From Lama glama (Eukaryota): 64,000 nt of DNA. Shown here piece by piece: positions 49,636 through 63,159 of this stretch. The stretch is taken from the NCBI GenBank assembly GCA_028534125.1, contig CM052832.1, forward strand, positions 6,698,001 to 6,762,000, read 5' to 3'. The notes beneath the pieces were generated by a model that ran no database searches, was not told the DNA's origin, and saw only the letters and a program-made list of their open reading frames with translations. Made by a program: the position numbers and the translations under genes. Position 1 is the first letter of the stretch. Each line of letters begins with the position of its first letter.

Positions 49636-52469
49636 TACATTTTGTTAAGCATTTCATGTTATGGTTATGCACAGTTGCACACACACAGAATGAGAGGTCC
49701 TATAGGATCCAGGCTGAGTGTGTGTATGCATGTGCAGGTGAAGGTAAAGAAATTAAGACCTGGTCTCCATTGGAAAACTAATAAATATTTGATAAAGCAA
49801 AGCAAATGCATGTTGGTTGACAAATACACATCATAAGACAGCATATACTCAAATACTGCGTGCTGAGGAACCCGATTCCGGTAGGAGTAGGTAACTGAAA
49901 AATTAATGAGGATTGGAAGAACCTATGTTGTTTTTTTGGTGGAGGGATGTCTCGAGATGCGTCTTAAAGGATGGGTATTTAATACTCTCTTAGGTCCCCT
50001 TACTCAGGAGGATTGCAATAGCATACTGTTTTTCGCAAATAAACTGCAGTAAAGAGTCTTTCCGCCAGCTCTTCCAAGTCAGAGTTCCAGGAATACAGTA
50101 AACCAGGAGTAGCCAGCACTGGAGTGATGTGGGCTGTGGGTGCCACGCGGCCGCCAGCTCGCCACCTGCCTGACTCACCCAGCCTCATCCCTGCACCAGC
50201 CCTGCGTCACTCATGACTCAGGCTCTTCCCTCAGCAGAATTTCACTTGCTCTCCATGTCCTCGAGCCCCGGGGCCATTCGGCAAAGTCAGAACTCAAATG
50301 TCAGTCTCTCTCTGACCACGTGTCTGATGCAGTGGTGCCTGTGGCGTCTGACCTATTGAATGTTGTTCACATCAGTTATTTTTCTTCCCTTTACCAACTG
50401 AAGTCCCTGTTTGCCGATCACTCCCTTCTAGACAAGTGTGACATTCTCTCTCCCTTCTGGGCCAGGAGGAACAGTTGGAGTGTTCCCCGCTGGGCTGGCC
50501 TGTTCTCCACCGTGGCCCCTGCCCTCCTCCCACCCAGGCCCTGGCATCGTGGGAGGGGCACCCACTTTGCCAGGACTCAGCAGCCTAACGTTGGCCTAAT
50601 GCCCTCCTTTGGGTTCTTAAGCCTCTCAACTAAATATTCTGACATTTCTTATAAATAGTACACATTTCTTTCGTGCTTTACAGTTTGTAAAGTGGCTTCT
50701 CTGGTTAATCCAACTCTCCTTCTTTCTACCCCGCAAGCTTTGGTCAAGCACCTGTTTTAACTCTTCCTGGAGGATTCTAGGCTGGCGTCAAAAGCCCTCT
50801 GGGATACAGAGGTAGCTATTGCCTGAGGCTACTTACGGTCCATTGTGTGAAAGGAAAAAGTAACCAAGTTCACCAGAACTTTTACATAAGTCATTAAAGT
50901 TCATTATTTAATGATTAAATAATTGATAATTATTATTTATTTAAATAATTTAAAAAATACATGCAAGTCTCATTTCCCCTTTTTTCTAAATCACCTGTCA
51001 CCTGAGATGTGACCCGCCATCCCCTGGATTCAGTGTCTCTGTCTTTAGAAAGGTTTGCAGAGTGAGAAAGACACCAGGCGCACGGCAGGTTTGGGGTCAC
51101 TGTGTTACTTACGCCCTTAGGAAGGCATATTTGTCTCCTCTCCACTTGAAATTCCGTGACAATTTTGTAATGGTCGTAATTGTACTAAATTACAATAGTG
51201 AAGAAGTCTCTTAAAACATCATAATCAACTGTAAAAAAGGATTCATATCTCCCAGTTACCTGAGCCTACAGGAAACCAAGTTGTTCAACCTGTAACACAA
51301 GTGTTGTGTTGATGGCCACCCACCCTAAGGTAGGCGAGTTCTGAGATCGAAGAGATGAAGCGGTCTTGATTGAGACCACACCCGCGTGTCGGGGGGAGGA
51401 GTCAGAAAACCAGCGTTCTTGTCCCTGCCTCTGACTTCCTGTGGTTAAGTCACATCTCTTCTGAGCCACGGCCACGAAGTACACACCAGTATGTCTGTAC
51501 CTCTTGTTTAAATTATTTAAATTCTATTATGTCAGGTGGTGCGTGGCCTTTGCCCAAGCCCCCTCCCTGCAAGGCCTCCTGGACTGTTTTCCTGGAATCC
51601 CTGGGTTTCCCTGTGATCCAGTCACTGAGGGTCGATCGCCTTCCTGGTTGAGCAGTGCCTGTTCAGAAAACGTCCTGAGTATTTTGAGCATCACTCCTGC
51701 TGCTCAAGGCTGAATATTTCTCATCGCTGAAATTAAGGTTGAGATGAAATAACCCCTAAGGTTCCTTCTAAAATCCTGAGATTTGATTTTACTTGTTTAC
51801 TACTGAGAGGTAAAGACATGCTTCACTTGGAGTCAGAACTCTGCCTTTGGCCCCGGAATGGGATTTGGGGGAAAGGGTGTGATGCTCTGTCTGCTTGGAA
51901 GACCAGGAGGAGCCTCAAAGCTGTTCTCAGCCAAACTGAGCTTTGGCTCATTGGTAACTCCCCGTGTGAGATGACTTACGGCGCCATCATGATGTCAAAA
52001 GACAGGCGGCTCCTCCTAGGCACCAGCTCAGTGGCCTGCAAAGCAGCCTTCAGTCTCACGGTGTCATTTAGAAAGTGAGCACAGACATTTTCAGTAGATG
52101 AAGACAGAGGGCTTCTCCGCAGAGGAACCCGAGGGTGGAGACTGCGTCCTTGATTCGTCACACACCGCGCGGCTTGAGGTATCAGAAACCACAAGAAGCG
52201 AGCAGCAGCCCAAGTGGCATGTTGGCTATTCGAGTGGTTTCTTTTTGATCAACATTTTCAAATCATTAGAGAAAATGTGAATTATTTGTTCCAAAATACA
52301 CATCTTGACATTTTCTCCATTATGCAATTAAGTTTTTTCAATTGAGCTGCTCAGGATTCTGCCAGACCCTGTGGGGATAGACGTGAACAAGACAGAAAAG
52401 ACACTGGCCTCATGGCACTTCCAGTGTATTTGTAACTCAGTGAAAGGAAGATATTATTAAAGAGAACAA

Positions 52470-52710
52470 TGGAAGGCAGATGAGGACAGTGGTTAATGGT
52501 GCAGGATCTGGGGAAAAGACTGCTACTTATTAACTCTGTGACCTTCGTCAAATTCGTTCCTTGACCTCTCTAAGCCTCAGTCTCCTTATCTGTAAAGTGG
52601 GGGCAATAATATTTACCTTCCAAGTCTATTAATAAAACTAAAAAATGTGATGCTTTATAATGTCTTTGTAATAATGCCTGACATACAGTAAGGGCTAGTA
52701 TGTGATATCC
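52470..52710 (+). mobile_element. MIR SINE
   Basis: CTGTGACCTT...CCTCTCTAAGCCTCAGTCTCCTTATCTGTAAAGTGGGGGCAATAAT. Confidence 0.85.
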
Positions 52711-53899
52711 CTGATTGCTAATAAATTAGACACATTAATAAGAAGAAACAAACATAATAAACCTAGAGGGAAAAAAACAATTTAGTTCTCTCTCTCAAGC
52801 ACATGCCCGCTGAAACGGTTAGAGAGCTGTTAGATCACACCCAGCCTTCCCTCTGTCTAATCCAGTAATTTCGCCTTCCCTTTTCACCTGTTTCAGGGCC
52901 ACACCGTTTTTCGGAACCACCAGCACCTCCTTATCCTCTGAACAGACTCTTTGAGGAATGGCTTAAAACCTAGGGCTGCATAGGCATCACTTGGGAAGCC
53001 TGTTTATTAAAACACACGTTCCCGGACAGCAGTTCCAGGAATCTGTGTTTGTGACAAGCAAACCAAGGGATTCTTATGCACAAACCAGCTGGGGACACAT
53101 GGGTGAGGAACTGCTCTTGTGCCTAAAGGCAGAGGCCGTAAGCTGGACATGCATCCAGGGCTGGTATTAGCCAGCGTACACCTATTAAAATACCAAGCTA
53201 ATTCCATCCTGCCATCCCTAGCTAGCTGCCGCCTGGGGTCCTTGAGTGCCCTTCCGCTCCCCCCTCGTCCCCTCCCAGGAGCCTTCCAACCAACCAGCAA
53301 CCCAAGAGCCGAGCACAGCATGGGCCTCTGCGTTGGGGAGATGGCTGATGTCTGCTGTAGAACAGGACTGATCAATGAATGGTTTTAACATTGCCCTTGA
53401 AAGTGACTGCTGGTAGGGGGAAAAAATGGCAGCTCTGTTTCTGGATGAAACACACGCACTACACGTATGCACACTCAGGTGCCCACACACCTCCCGGAGG
53501 CGTGTATCACTTGCTCACCACTTTGCTGGGAGTTCTTCAGTGTAATAAATACCCAGGGGAGAAAGATCAGGATGACAAAGGCTGCCAACCCGCTGGTGGT
53601 GATGAATGAACTTCTCTGACCTATTATTGCAGAAGGAGCTGCAGCCTCTTGGCAGGAGAAGTAATTCTCCAAGGCTCCATTGGAACCAACGGAATTAGAA
53701 CCCCTGTTGAAATAAATACAGCTCCGCAGGGAGAGGAAGCCCCATTCGTTCTCTTACTTTATGACATGTTTGGTGAGTGCCCCCGGATGCCTGCTCTTTT
53801 TTTGTAGTCTTCTGCTCTGAAATCATCTTCACTGTGTTCATCTGTCTGTCCTCACAGACAAAGGTCCTTTTAACAATTAAGGGCAGAAAACCAGGGACT

Positions 53900-54163
53900 A
53901 TAACACAGAAGAAGCAGACTCACAGAAATGGAGAACAAACTTGTGGTTATCAGTGGGGAGAGGGAAGGGGAAGGGGCGATGTCCGGGGAGGGGACTAAGA
54001 GGTAGAAACTATTAGGTATAAAATAAGCTGCGAGGATATATTGTACAACACGGGGAATGCAGCCAATATTTTATAATAACTTAAAGCAGAAAGTATAACC
54101 TTTAAAAATTGTGAATCACTGTATTATATACCAACTCTGCTTCAAGTAAAAGATTAAAAAAAA
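53900..54163 (+). mobile_element. L1 3' end
   Basis: CAGACTCACAGA...GAGAACAAACTTGTGGTTA...ATATTGTACAACACGGGGAAT plus A tail; possible TSD AATTAAGGG. Confidence 0.85.
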
Positions 54164-54850
54164 AATTAAGGGTTGACATCTTCTAAAGGTTCCATGTTCT
54201 GATATGCCAGTTCTTTGCTTGAAGAGATTAAAAGTATTTCTAACACTTTTCTGTTCTCTTTTTTAAAAAATTATTTTCTGGGCTAGTACTTAAGGGACTG
54301 TCTGCCTTTAAATGCTCCGTTGAACGGCCTTGGTTCTGACTTCCCCAATTCAGAATGATTAATGTCCCCACCTGTACTGCCAAGTCCTGGTGATTCCAGC
54401 ACTGCCCAGAGCGACGCTGGCCAAGAGTTTCATCTCCCCTGGAATTGTCCTTGATCTTCCAGAGCTCTGTGTGGGCTAAAGAGCATTTCCCTGGGAACCC
54501 TAAATCTTGGGCTCTGCCTCTGGTTCTGCCACTAACCAGCCCTGTGACCTTGACCAAGACTCTTAATCACTGTGTGCCGAAATTTGTCCACCAGTGAGGG
54601 TGATGATAGTAACCAGTACCATCTGCTGGGTTCTTGTCACATGCCAGGCACTGTTCTCACCACTGTTCGTGAACTATTTCATTCAACCATCCTTTTTTGA
54701 GCAGTTACTATTCATCAGATGCATTTGATGTGGTCTCATTGAATTCTCACAGCAACTCTGTGAAGGAGCTAATCTTATTCCCATTTGGCAGAAGAGAAGA
54801 CTGAGAGTTACAAAGGCCAACCAAGTTCCTTGAGCAAGGTTCCCCTACAG

Positions 54851-55350
54851 NNNNNNNNNNNNNNNNNNNNNNNNNNNNNNNNNNNNNNNNNNNNNNNNNN
54901 NNNNNNNNNNNNNNNNNNNNNNNNNNNNNNNNNNNNNNNNNNNNNNNNNNNNNNNNNNNNNNNNNNNNNNNNNNNNNNNNNNNNNNNNNNNNNNNNNNNN
55001 NNNNNNNNNNNNNNNNNNNNNNNNNNNNNNNNNNNNNNNNNNNNNNNNNNNNNNNNNNNNNNNNNNNNNNNNNNNNNNNNNNNNNNNNNNNNNNNNNNNN
55101 NNNNNNNNNNNNNNNNNNNNNNNNNNNNNNNNNNNNNNNNNNNNNNNNNNNNNNNNNNNNNNNNNNNNNNNNNNNNNNNNNNNNNNNNNNNNNNNNNNNN
55201 NNNNNNNNNNNNNNNNNNNNNNNNNNNNNNNNNNNNNNNNNNNNNNNNNNNNNNNNNNNNNNNNNNNNNNNNNNNNNNNNNNNNNNNNNNNNNNNNNNNN
55301 NNNNNNNNNNNNNNNNNNNNNNNNNNNNNNNNNNNNNNNNNNNNNNNNNN
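54851..55350. other. Assembly gap (500 N) flanked by an exact 199-bp duplication
   Basis: 54652-54850 is identical to 55351-55549. Confidence 0.98.
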
Positions 55351-55756
55351 TGTTCTCACCACTGTTCGTGAACTATTTCATTCAACCATCCTTTTTTGAG
55401 CAGTTACTATTCATCAGATGCATTTGATGTGGTCTCATTGAATTCTCACAGCAACTCTGTGAAGGAGCTAATCTTATTCCCATTTGGCAGAAGAGAAGAC
55501 TGAGAGTTACAAAGGCCAACCAAGTTCCTTGAGCAAGGTTCCCCTACAGGAAGGGGCTGAGCAAAACTTTGAATCCAGTGCAGTCTGATAACCAAGCCAA
55601 TGTTTATAACATTGTACATACCATGCTGCCCCTCATCCAGCTTGTCGTAGAGGAAAAGCAGGATTTAGATAAGAGGATTTGAATATTAGTTTGATCAAAG
55701 ACATGGAGGCAGGTAGACCTAGACAGTGGTTCTCTACAGAGACAGTTCGTCCCTGT

Positions 55757-55843
55757 CCAGGAGGCTCCACCTCCTAACACCGTCACATTGGGGGTTAGGA
55801 TTTCAGCCTGTGAATTTTGGAGGGGCACATTCAGTCCATGACA
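55757..55843 (-). mobile_element. MLT1A-like LTR fragment
   Basis: GGCTCCACCTCCTAACACCGTCACATTGGGGGTTAGGATTTCA...ACATTCAGTCCATGACA. Confidence 0.8.
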
Positions 55844-57900
55844 CTGCCCCACCTATGTCTCCCTCTGGCATAAATAACAAATAGGTGGAGAAAAAGGGTG
55901 GGTAGACTGTTCCTTCTTTATAGACAATAAAATATGAAACAAAATTGCAAGCTACTTTCTAGAAGGAAAGTGGAAAAAAAGTGAAGCGAGCATTTCTGGG
56001 GACAAGGTCATCATCTGTTTTGGTGAAAGTGATTGGTGTAATCTGTTCTTTGTGGTCCGTAGGTAGGGTGATCACAGAGCTCAATTTGCCCAGTCCAGCC
56101 CTGGTGGGTACCAGTCCTCTTAGCAAACTTACCAGCCCCTTCCTTTCACACTTAACAATGTCCCAGCCTGCGTATTAAATCCTACAGTCATCTACCTGTA
56201 GAAAAAACCACTTCCCCTCGTGTGGAAGAAAACTTTACACACAAGTAAGCACGTTCTGTGAATGAGACAGTAAGAGACCGGGGAACAGAAAGTCGGCTGA
56301 ACGGGACTGTTTTGCTGATCTTTCTTTTCTCGTCAACCACCGTTCTGAGTTATTTTTCTGATGGAACAAAGCTGCATTTCCTCTTCACGCCTCGAGGCAG
56401 AGCCTTGCGTTCTCAGCCTGTGTTTCTGTTCCACTTTCACAAAAGGGTCTGATGGTCCTGATGGCACCAGCACAAGAACTTCATGAGACTCACCTCGAGT
56501 TTCAGGGGAGTCAGCCCTGGATGTGTGGGAGGCTGCTGTCCGCCACCTCTTTTCGCTTCCAGCCAACTTCTGCCCCTGTCTTGCTCTCTGAAGGAGGCTC
56601 ACATGCACAGCTCTCATCAACTCACCTGGGAAGCAAGGGCTCCAGCAAGATGAAATAAATTGTAGCTGATGCAAGGCCAAAGGGATGATTTACTGTGGTC
56701 CAGAGAGTTCTCAGTGCAGTTTCAACTCCTGTGCTTGAGATTTGAAAACGTGTGACTGCTGTTTAAATTATTTATGGGCGTGTGGGACGGCTTCTTTCAA
56801 ACACAAACAAGCTTTCGTGTTTTCAAGTGTTCCCCAAAGCCGCATTTCGTAGGAAAGACTTGTGTAGCTTACAGGATCCGAGAGAGGGACAGTCTGATTG
56901 TGATGAGAGTTCAAACACATTCTGCCTTTAGCTGAGGGAGATTGACAGTTCTCATGGATGCCTCTTTTGATGGAGGAAGATTTAAATCCTGGGGCCACAG
57001 AGCCCCAGCTGTGGCCACACCTCATCCATTCCTGGACAGAATTCCCACTCCAGGTAACTTGTCCCACCTCAAAGATGGTGTTGTGGCAAAATCTGCCCTA
57101 ATATGGACACTGCGGATTTTCTTAATGGAATGCAGATGTTACAGGCAGTGGTCTGACCTTTTAGGAAATCTTTTATGGTGTGTTAAGATACCTGGTAGAA
57201 TTCTACACATCAAACCTTGACCTTGTATTCCTTTCACTTGAGAACTTTGTATTTAGGTAAAGAAACCAGCTCACCAAAATGGTAATGAACTCACAGTGGA
57301 TGATATTCCCCCACTGTTACTTCATCTGTGGAACAGCTTTTATATTTTAGGAGACGCTAGTCCAGTGTTACCATTTTTTATGCATCATTTGCATGGATAG
57401 AGCGTGAGAAAGGAACCAGGCTTTTAGAGCAAATGGTGGGGAAGCCCTTGTGTCTCCGTAGCTGGGTAGCGAGGTGGGGGTCTTGGTTCTGGGGTCATTC
57501 TGTTAGTGCTTTGTCGTCATTGGTCTCTGACAGCCAAATAGCTTTTCTTTCTCAAGAATTATGAAGTAGGTAATACTCATACCAAGCTGGCAAAAAAGCA
57601 TTCATGACTTTTAGTGACCAGCTGTCAAAAGAATGACAGCGATTATGTGTGCCGTCTGATGGCTTAGAGGAGGTCTGTGTTTGGGAGAATATGGTGGAGC
57701 CAAGTCCAGTCTTGGCAAAGTCGCCAGCTGTCTTTTGCATTGTGATGACATTCTCGCCATGAACTCTAAAGGGGCACAGAAGGTCCAAACTCCATGGACC
57801 ATAGACTCAAATATACAAAAGCAACAATGTCCTTTATTTTTTGTAGCTAGAATGGTATCTACTATAAAATCCTAGCCTGCTGATGGTGAAAGTGTAATCT

Positions 57901-58205
57901 TAACCATAAGTTTGTTTTCTGTGTCTGTGTGTTACCAGAGGGTAAAGGGGGTGAGGCGGGATAAATTGGGAGTTTGAAATTTGCAGATACCAACTACTAT
58001 ATATAAAATAGGTAAACAGCAAGGTCCTACTGTATAGCACAGGGAACTATATGCAATCCCTTGTACTCAACTATAATGAAAAAAGAATATGAAAAGGATG
58101 ATATATTTATATATATATATATATATTATATATATATATATGAATTACTATGCTGTACACCAGAAATTAACACAACATTGTAAATCAACCATTAATGAAA
58201 TGAAA
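57901..58205 (+). mobile_element. L1 3' end with a short inverted 5' segment (57901-57929) and a (TA)n tract
   Basis: TAACCATAAGTTTGTTTTCTGTGTCTGTG (antisense L1) is followed by sense GTTACCAGAGGG...CCTACTGTATAGCACAGGGAACTAT. Confidence 0.88.
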
Positions 58206-59333
58206 GAAATAGTGTTTTCCCGAAACAACAAATCCAAATGCCCGCAGGTCAAGAAATTGAACAGTTAAGCAGAATTCGGAGTGTCACAAACAGTTCTAGT
58301 CAATTTGTTTTATGCTTATTGTTCATACTGGTTGTGTTTCTTCCCTGTGCTGCTATTTTTTTCCCCACCAGTGCTTGGTTTTTAATTTTTACGTGGTATT
58401 TTACAAATTTCCCTTTTTCTATGATTTGTTTTTCTTGAGTAGGCTTGGGTTCTTTTTTAAATTAAGTAATAGAGTAGAGGTTTAAATTTTTTATTTTTTA
58501 TTTAGATATCAGCATTATCTCCTGACTTGCATAAAATGGATGACTTAGATTTTATACCTGGAAATATAAACCTATTTTTTAAGATTTTTTTATTTAAATC
58601 TTTATAAGATTCCTTTAGGAGATTAATATTTCTTGTTTTAGAGAAACCTTTTTCTGAAAGTCAATAGTTTTTTAGTTTTTCTTAAATTTTTTTTCTGACA
58701 AATTTAAGTAAATTGATAAATATAATGCTTTTATTTAATGAAAATGTTCACAGTGATTGTCTTTGATGGATGGGGTCGTTCTGTCCATTACATGTGTGTA
58801 TATTCTTTCAACTCATCTACCATGACAATGTTATTTTCTTAAGACAGCAACCATAATCCTTTCCAGTTACAACGTGGTTCACAGCTAGAACTTGGCAAAC
58901 AGATATGATTAGAAGCCTTTTATTACCATCACTTGCCTGTAACCTTTAATGAATCACTTAACTTCTTTTGGCCTTGGTTTTATGAAATGGAAAATCAGGA
59001 CGAAATTTACATTTGAGACTTTCTAAAAAATAATGATCATTGCAGACCTGTTTTTCCTAGGGACTATCTCATTTCCAGCACTGTACCTCTGAGTATCTTT
59101 GGATCATTCAAAACCTCACATCATTCGCGTAGCTGTCATGTCCTTGAGTTTTATTGTGTCTGTACATTCAAGTCCCAACTTCTAGCGCAGTTTTGCCTCT
59201 GATGAGGGGTGAAGCCTTGGGCATATCATCTTGTGGCTCTGTGCTCTGTATCTTTCAACTTTCAAGTAAAGAGGTTGGAGTAAATTACCTCTATTGACCT
59301 GTCTAAGAATAGAGGTTAAAGTGATGCTGGAGA

Positions 59334-59499
59334 AAGAAGAGGAGGGTACATCTCGGTGGAAGAGTGTGTGCTTAGCATGCATGAGGTCCTGGGTTCAATC
59401 CCCAGTACCTCCACTAAAAATAACAAATAAATAAATAAACCTAGTTACTTCCCTCCCAAGAAAAATTTTTTGAATAAATAATTTTTTTAATTAAAAAAA
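59334..59499 (+). mobile_element. tRNA-derived camelid SINE (Vic-1 type)
   Basis: GGAGGGTACATCTCGGTGG...GGGTTCAATCCCCAGTACC, with perfect 17-bp TSD TAAAGTGATGCTGGAGA (59317-59333 / 59500-59516). Confidence 0.9.
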
Positions 59500-60074
59500 T
59501 AAAGTGATGCTGGAGAGAAAACTTGATCGCTGAGAACCTTTGGGAAAAGTAATTAAAACTGAGTGAAATAAGGAGGTCTGATGCTTGCATTCACGGGTAT
59601 GTGTAAAGCTTGGTCTCAGACGTACTAATTAAGTGACACACAGCAGAAATATATTGTCCTGGGGATACTCCTAGGCAGGTTGGGGTTCACATTGTTGATC
59701 AGCTGAGACCAAGGTTTCTACCATTTGAAAATCTCATCAGGTTCCCTTGTTCACAGGACCCTCCAACACAGCATCCCCTGCTACCCGATGGGTTCCGTTT
59801 TTGTAGTGGGAGAAGAACCCAGTGAAAGCAGAGAACTGGGGAAGAACAAGATAATAATTGAAGTAAAAACAATGCAGTGATTGTAAGAACAAAGCCATCA
59901 ACAGAAGCGATTGCTAAGTGTAATTCTATAAATGTATGAGTTAATGGAAAGAACTGAAAACCACTGATACCCAAGGACAGCACTGATACTTCCCAGTGGC
60001 ACAGTTACATACATCAGCTTGTGCACTGAGTCAGGAAGCTCTTACATCTCAAGTGGTCCAACCCAGGTCTTCTA

Positions 60075-60245
60075 ATCTGGTACTTATCAAAGGTAAAAGG
60101 GATGCTGATCATCTGGGAATCTGGTTGAAATGCAGATTATGAATCAGTGGGTCTATGTGCTTAGGTAGGACCTGGGATAATGCTTGCTTGACAGTCCGGC
60201 CCCAAGGCTGCTGCTGCTGGTCTGTGGTCCACAGGCTGGACTGTC
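60075..60245 (+). mobile_element. MER5A-like element
   Basis: ATCATCTGGGAATCTGGTTGAAATGCAGATTATGAATCAGTGGGTCT...GCTGCTGGTCTGTGGTCCACA. Confidence 0.7.
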
Positions 60246-60371
60246 AGGACAATGTACAGCACTCATCAGGAAGGCCTGGTAAGTGTTAGCAGTTATTATA
60301 AATGCTACGAGGTACAGGAATTCCAATTCTGCCCATGTATTGAGTTGTGCAGCAGCCAGATTTGTTGTTGA

Positions 60372-60540
60372 ATACAGTCATCCCTCTTGGGGCTTTGGTT
60401 ACAGGACCCGCATGGATACAAACACCTGTGGATGCTCAAGTCTCTTGTGTAGAATGGCACAGCATTTGTATATAACCTACATGCATGCTTTAAATCATCT
60501 CTAGATTAGCGATGTAAGCGCAACACAAATAGTTGTACGT
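60372..60540 (+). mobile_element. MER2-like TcMar-Tigger fragment
   Basis: TA|CAGTCATCCCTC start, GGATGCTCAAGTC, TATAACCTAC and CTTTAAATCATCTCTAGATTA. Confidence 0.8.
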
Positions 60541-62310
60541 GCAGTGTACATATGCAGTGTGCCCAGGACTGTCCCCAGGTCACGGCATAACCAGTTGCAC
60601 TCCCCCCTCCAAAGTGTTCCAGGTTCAACAACACATGGTAGAGTGATCCTAGTTATAGTGGACAATGATGACAAGTTCCTGGCTTCATCCAACTTGCGCA
60701 TTTCTTCCCAAACTTTCTACCACATGGAGAGAAGGGAATTCTCAATCAAGTCGCCCTTCTTGACTGATTCTCTTCCACAACACACACCTCGCTGCTGGTC
60801 CGTGAGATACGCATAAGCAAAACTGACCAAAGACAAAAGTTGGGTCCATGTCATTGGGTTGAGTTGCAAGAGAGGACGCGCACCGGCTTCTCTCTGCCAC
60901 AGGTGGGTTAAGACTGTGGCTTCAGGTACTAGACTGTCTGGGATGAAATCTGCATTCTGTCACTGACCAGCTGGCCATATTAGGCAAATGACTGAATCTC
61001 TTTCACCCCATTTCTCTGTCTCATAAATTTATTGTGAGATCCAATCTTATCCATTCTTAGCCATACCTGCAGTCCTTATCTGCTGTGTCATAAATGTTCA
61101 AGGGAAAATTTAGCCACTGTGCAAAATTGCAGTCCAAAACCAAGCTCGGTGTGTTGTCCGCAATGTGGACTGCCATGTGTCAATTTTGAAAGGCTTTCTT
61201 TTAGCTATCTTGTGTGCCGAATCTGTAATGGGTGGAAACAAATCATTTTAGTTTTAAATCTCAAGGAATTTGAACGTGAGCACTTTAATTTTATAGAAGG
61301 GTTTTATTATCACATATATTTCTGTGGCATTATCTAAAGTGTGGAGAGACTAGAACCTGAATAAGACAGAAAAGGAGAGATTGAGAGGAAGAAAAGGACT
61401 AGTGAGGAAGACGGTTAAGAGCATCACAAACTGTGCATTTTCTTTCTAGATTTAAAGATCGAGTCATAAAACGTGGCTCATCTGCATCTCAAAAGAATGC
61501 AAATGCTGTCTCAATTTCATGGGAAAAATAAGTGAAGGATACCACGCTGGCTGAGAAAAGCTTACTTTGATCGTATGCCAAATGGCAAAATGAAGGGATT
61601 AAATTTTAAATTGCCTATCTTCAGAAGGACGTGATACGGAACATATTTAGGATTTAGCCCGTTCATTTAACATTAAACATACTAAAAATGTCCACATCCA
61701 TTATTGACAGCCCGATACTAAAACAGAGGCTTCACTTCAGTCTTGAGAAGAGAGAATGCTGCTTGTGTTCAGAAGCACGTTTCCTCTCTCTTTTGACAGC
61801 AGCACCGTGTGGCGTTCTCGAGAGGGATCATTCCCTAAACTGGTGTTGGAGCTGGTGAGCGGCTTGTCCTGTCTTGACTCCGTAGGCTTACGACCCATAG
61901 CTTAGAATTCAAATGAAATGTGTTCAGTGGATCAGACTGCTGGGAAAATAAGTGTCGTGAAAAACATGGAAGAGCCGACCCTTAAAATGATAACATCTCA
62001 ACGCTTGTTTGTTTTAGATTTTCTACAGTTCTAGCCCTAGTTAATAACAGTTGTGCATGTGTGCAAAGCCACGCCCAGGGAAGTGGGGCTTAGGACTGAC
62101 TCTCACGTTTGTGCTGTTCTTCCTCAGCCCCCTCAAAGCCCTTTTCTTAGAAGTGGCATCAGATTAACAGGAATACATAAATCCTTTGATGATGCTGCTC
62201 TTACCCGGGACAAAATCTTCTAAAATCTCTCACCACCTCATTTCCACACAAAAGTCTATCCATCTTGCATTTACTATTTATTTCTTCCCGGAAGTCTTTC
62301 TTAATCGCTC

Positions 62311-62524
62311 TTTTTTAAAATTTCCTCTCCAATCTTTATTACTTCTTTCCTTCTGCTGACTTTAGGTTTTGTTTGTTCCTCTTTTCCTAATTTCTTTAGG
62401 TGGTAGGTTGTTGTTTATTTGAGATTGTTCTTGTTTTTCGAGGAAGGCCTGTATCGCGATGAACTTCCCTCTTAGGACGGCATTTGCTGCATCCCATAGA
62501 TTTTGTGTGGTTGTGTTTTTATTG
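62311..62524 (-). mobile_element. Isolated internal L1 ORF2 fragment (region after the endonuclease domain)
   Basis: The minus strand reads [38 protein letters not shown]...[16 protein letters not shown]. Confidence 0.9.
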
Positions 62525-63159
62525 CCTGAAGTTTCTTGACCTCCTCTCCCTTGCCATACACACAGTCTTTAATGATGCATTCATTATTCTGAAAAGAGAT
62601 TCAAAGTGTTTTAAATAACCAACGGAGGTGGAGATTAAACCTGGGTGGAGGAAGGGAATGTCAGGGGAAAGGGTCAAGAAAGACTTCAAGAAGAAAACAT
62701 GTACAATTTGATGTGGGCTTCCCTGTTATATTATACGGTGGAGCATCTTAATCCATGTGTTCAGTACATGTTTGTGAATTTTATTGAAAGGTAGCTTTGA
62801 AGAGAAGAAAAAATTCACCAAAAGGTAGTGGGGGGCGGGGGGGGGGAGGGTGGTTCTATCCACATTGCTTTGTTCATTTCATTACCAAGCAGGCCCTTTC
62901 CAGAGTGCAGGCAACCTGCTGGGTACACAGTTGGCACTTAATGAATATACATGCAAAGGACACAGGACAAAAACATGAACCATTCCCGCCCTTGAAGTAC
63001 TTATAGTCTAGTTAATGAGGGAGCCATTACCCTCACTAACTAGGTACCTCTGTGGTGGGAGCACAGTAGGAGGGTGTACAACCTCAGTAGGATTCAGAAG
63101 GGATTTCTCAGATATGAGACCCAAGCTGGGAATTGAGAGCCAATTAGAAGTTACCTGAT

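Noticed and set aside
54785..55399. Long ORFs spanning the second N gap
   Set aside because: Artefacts of translating N.
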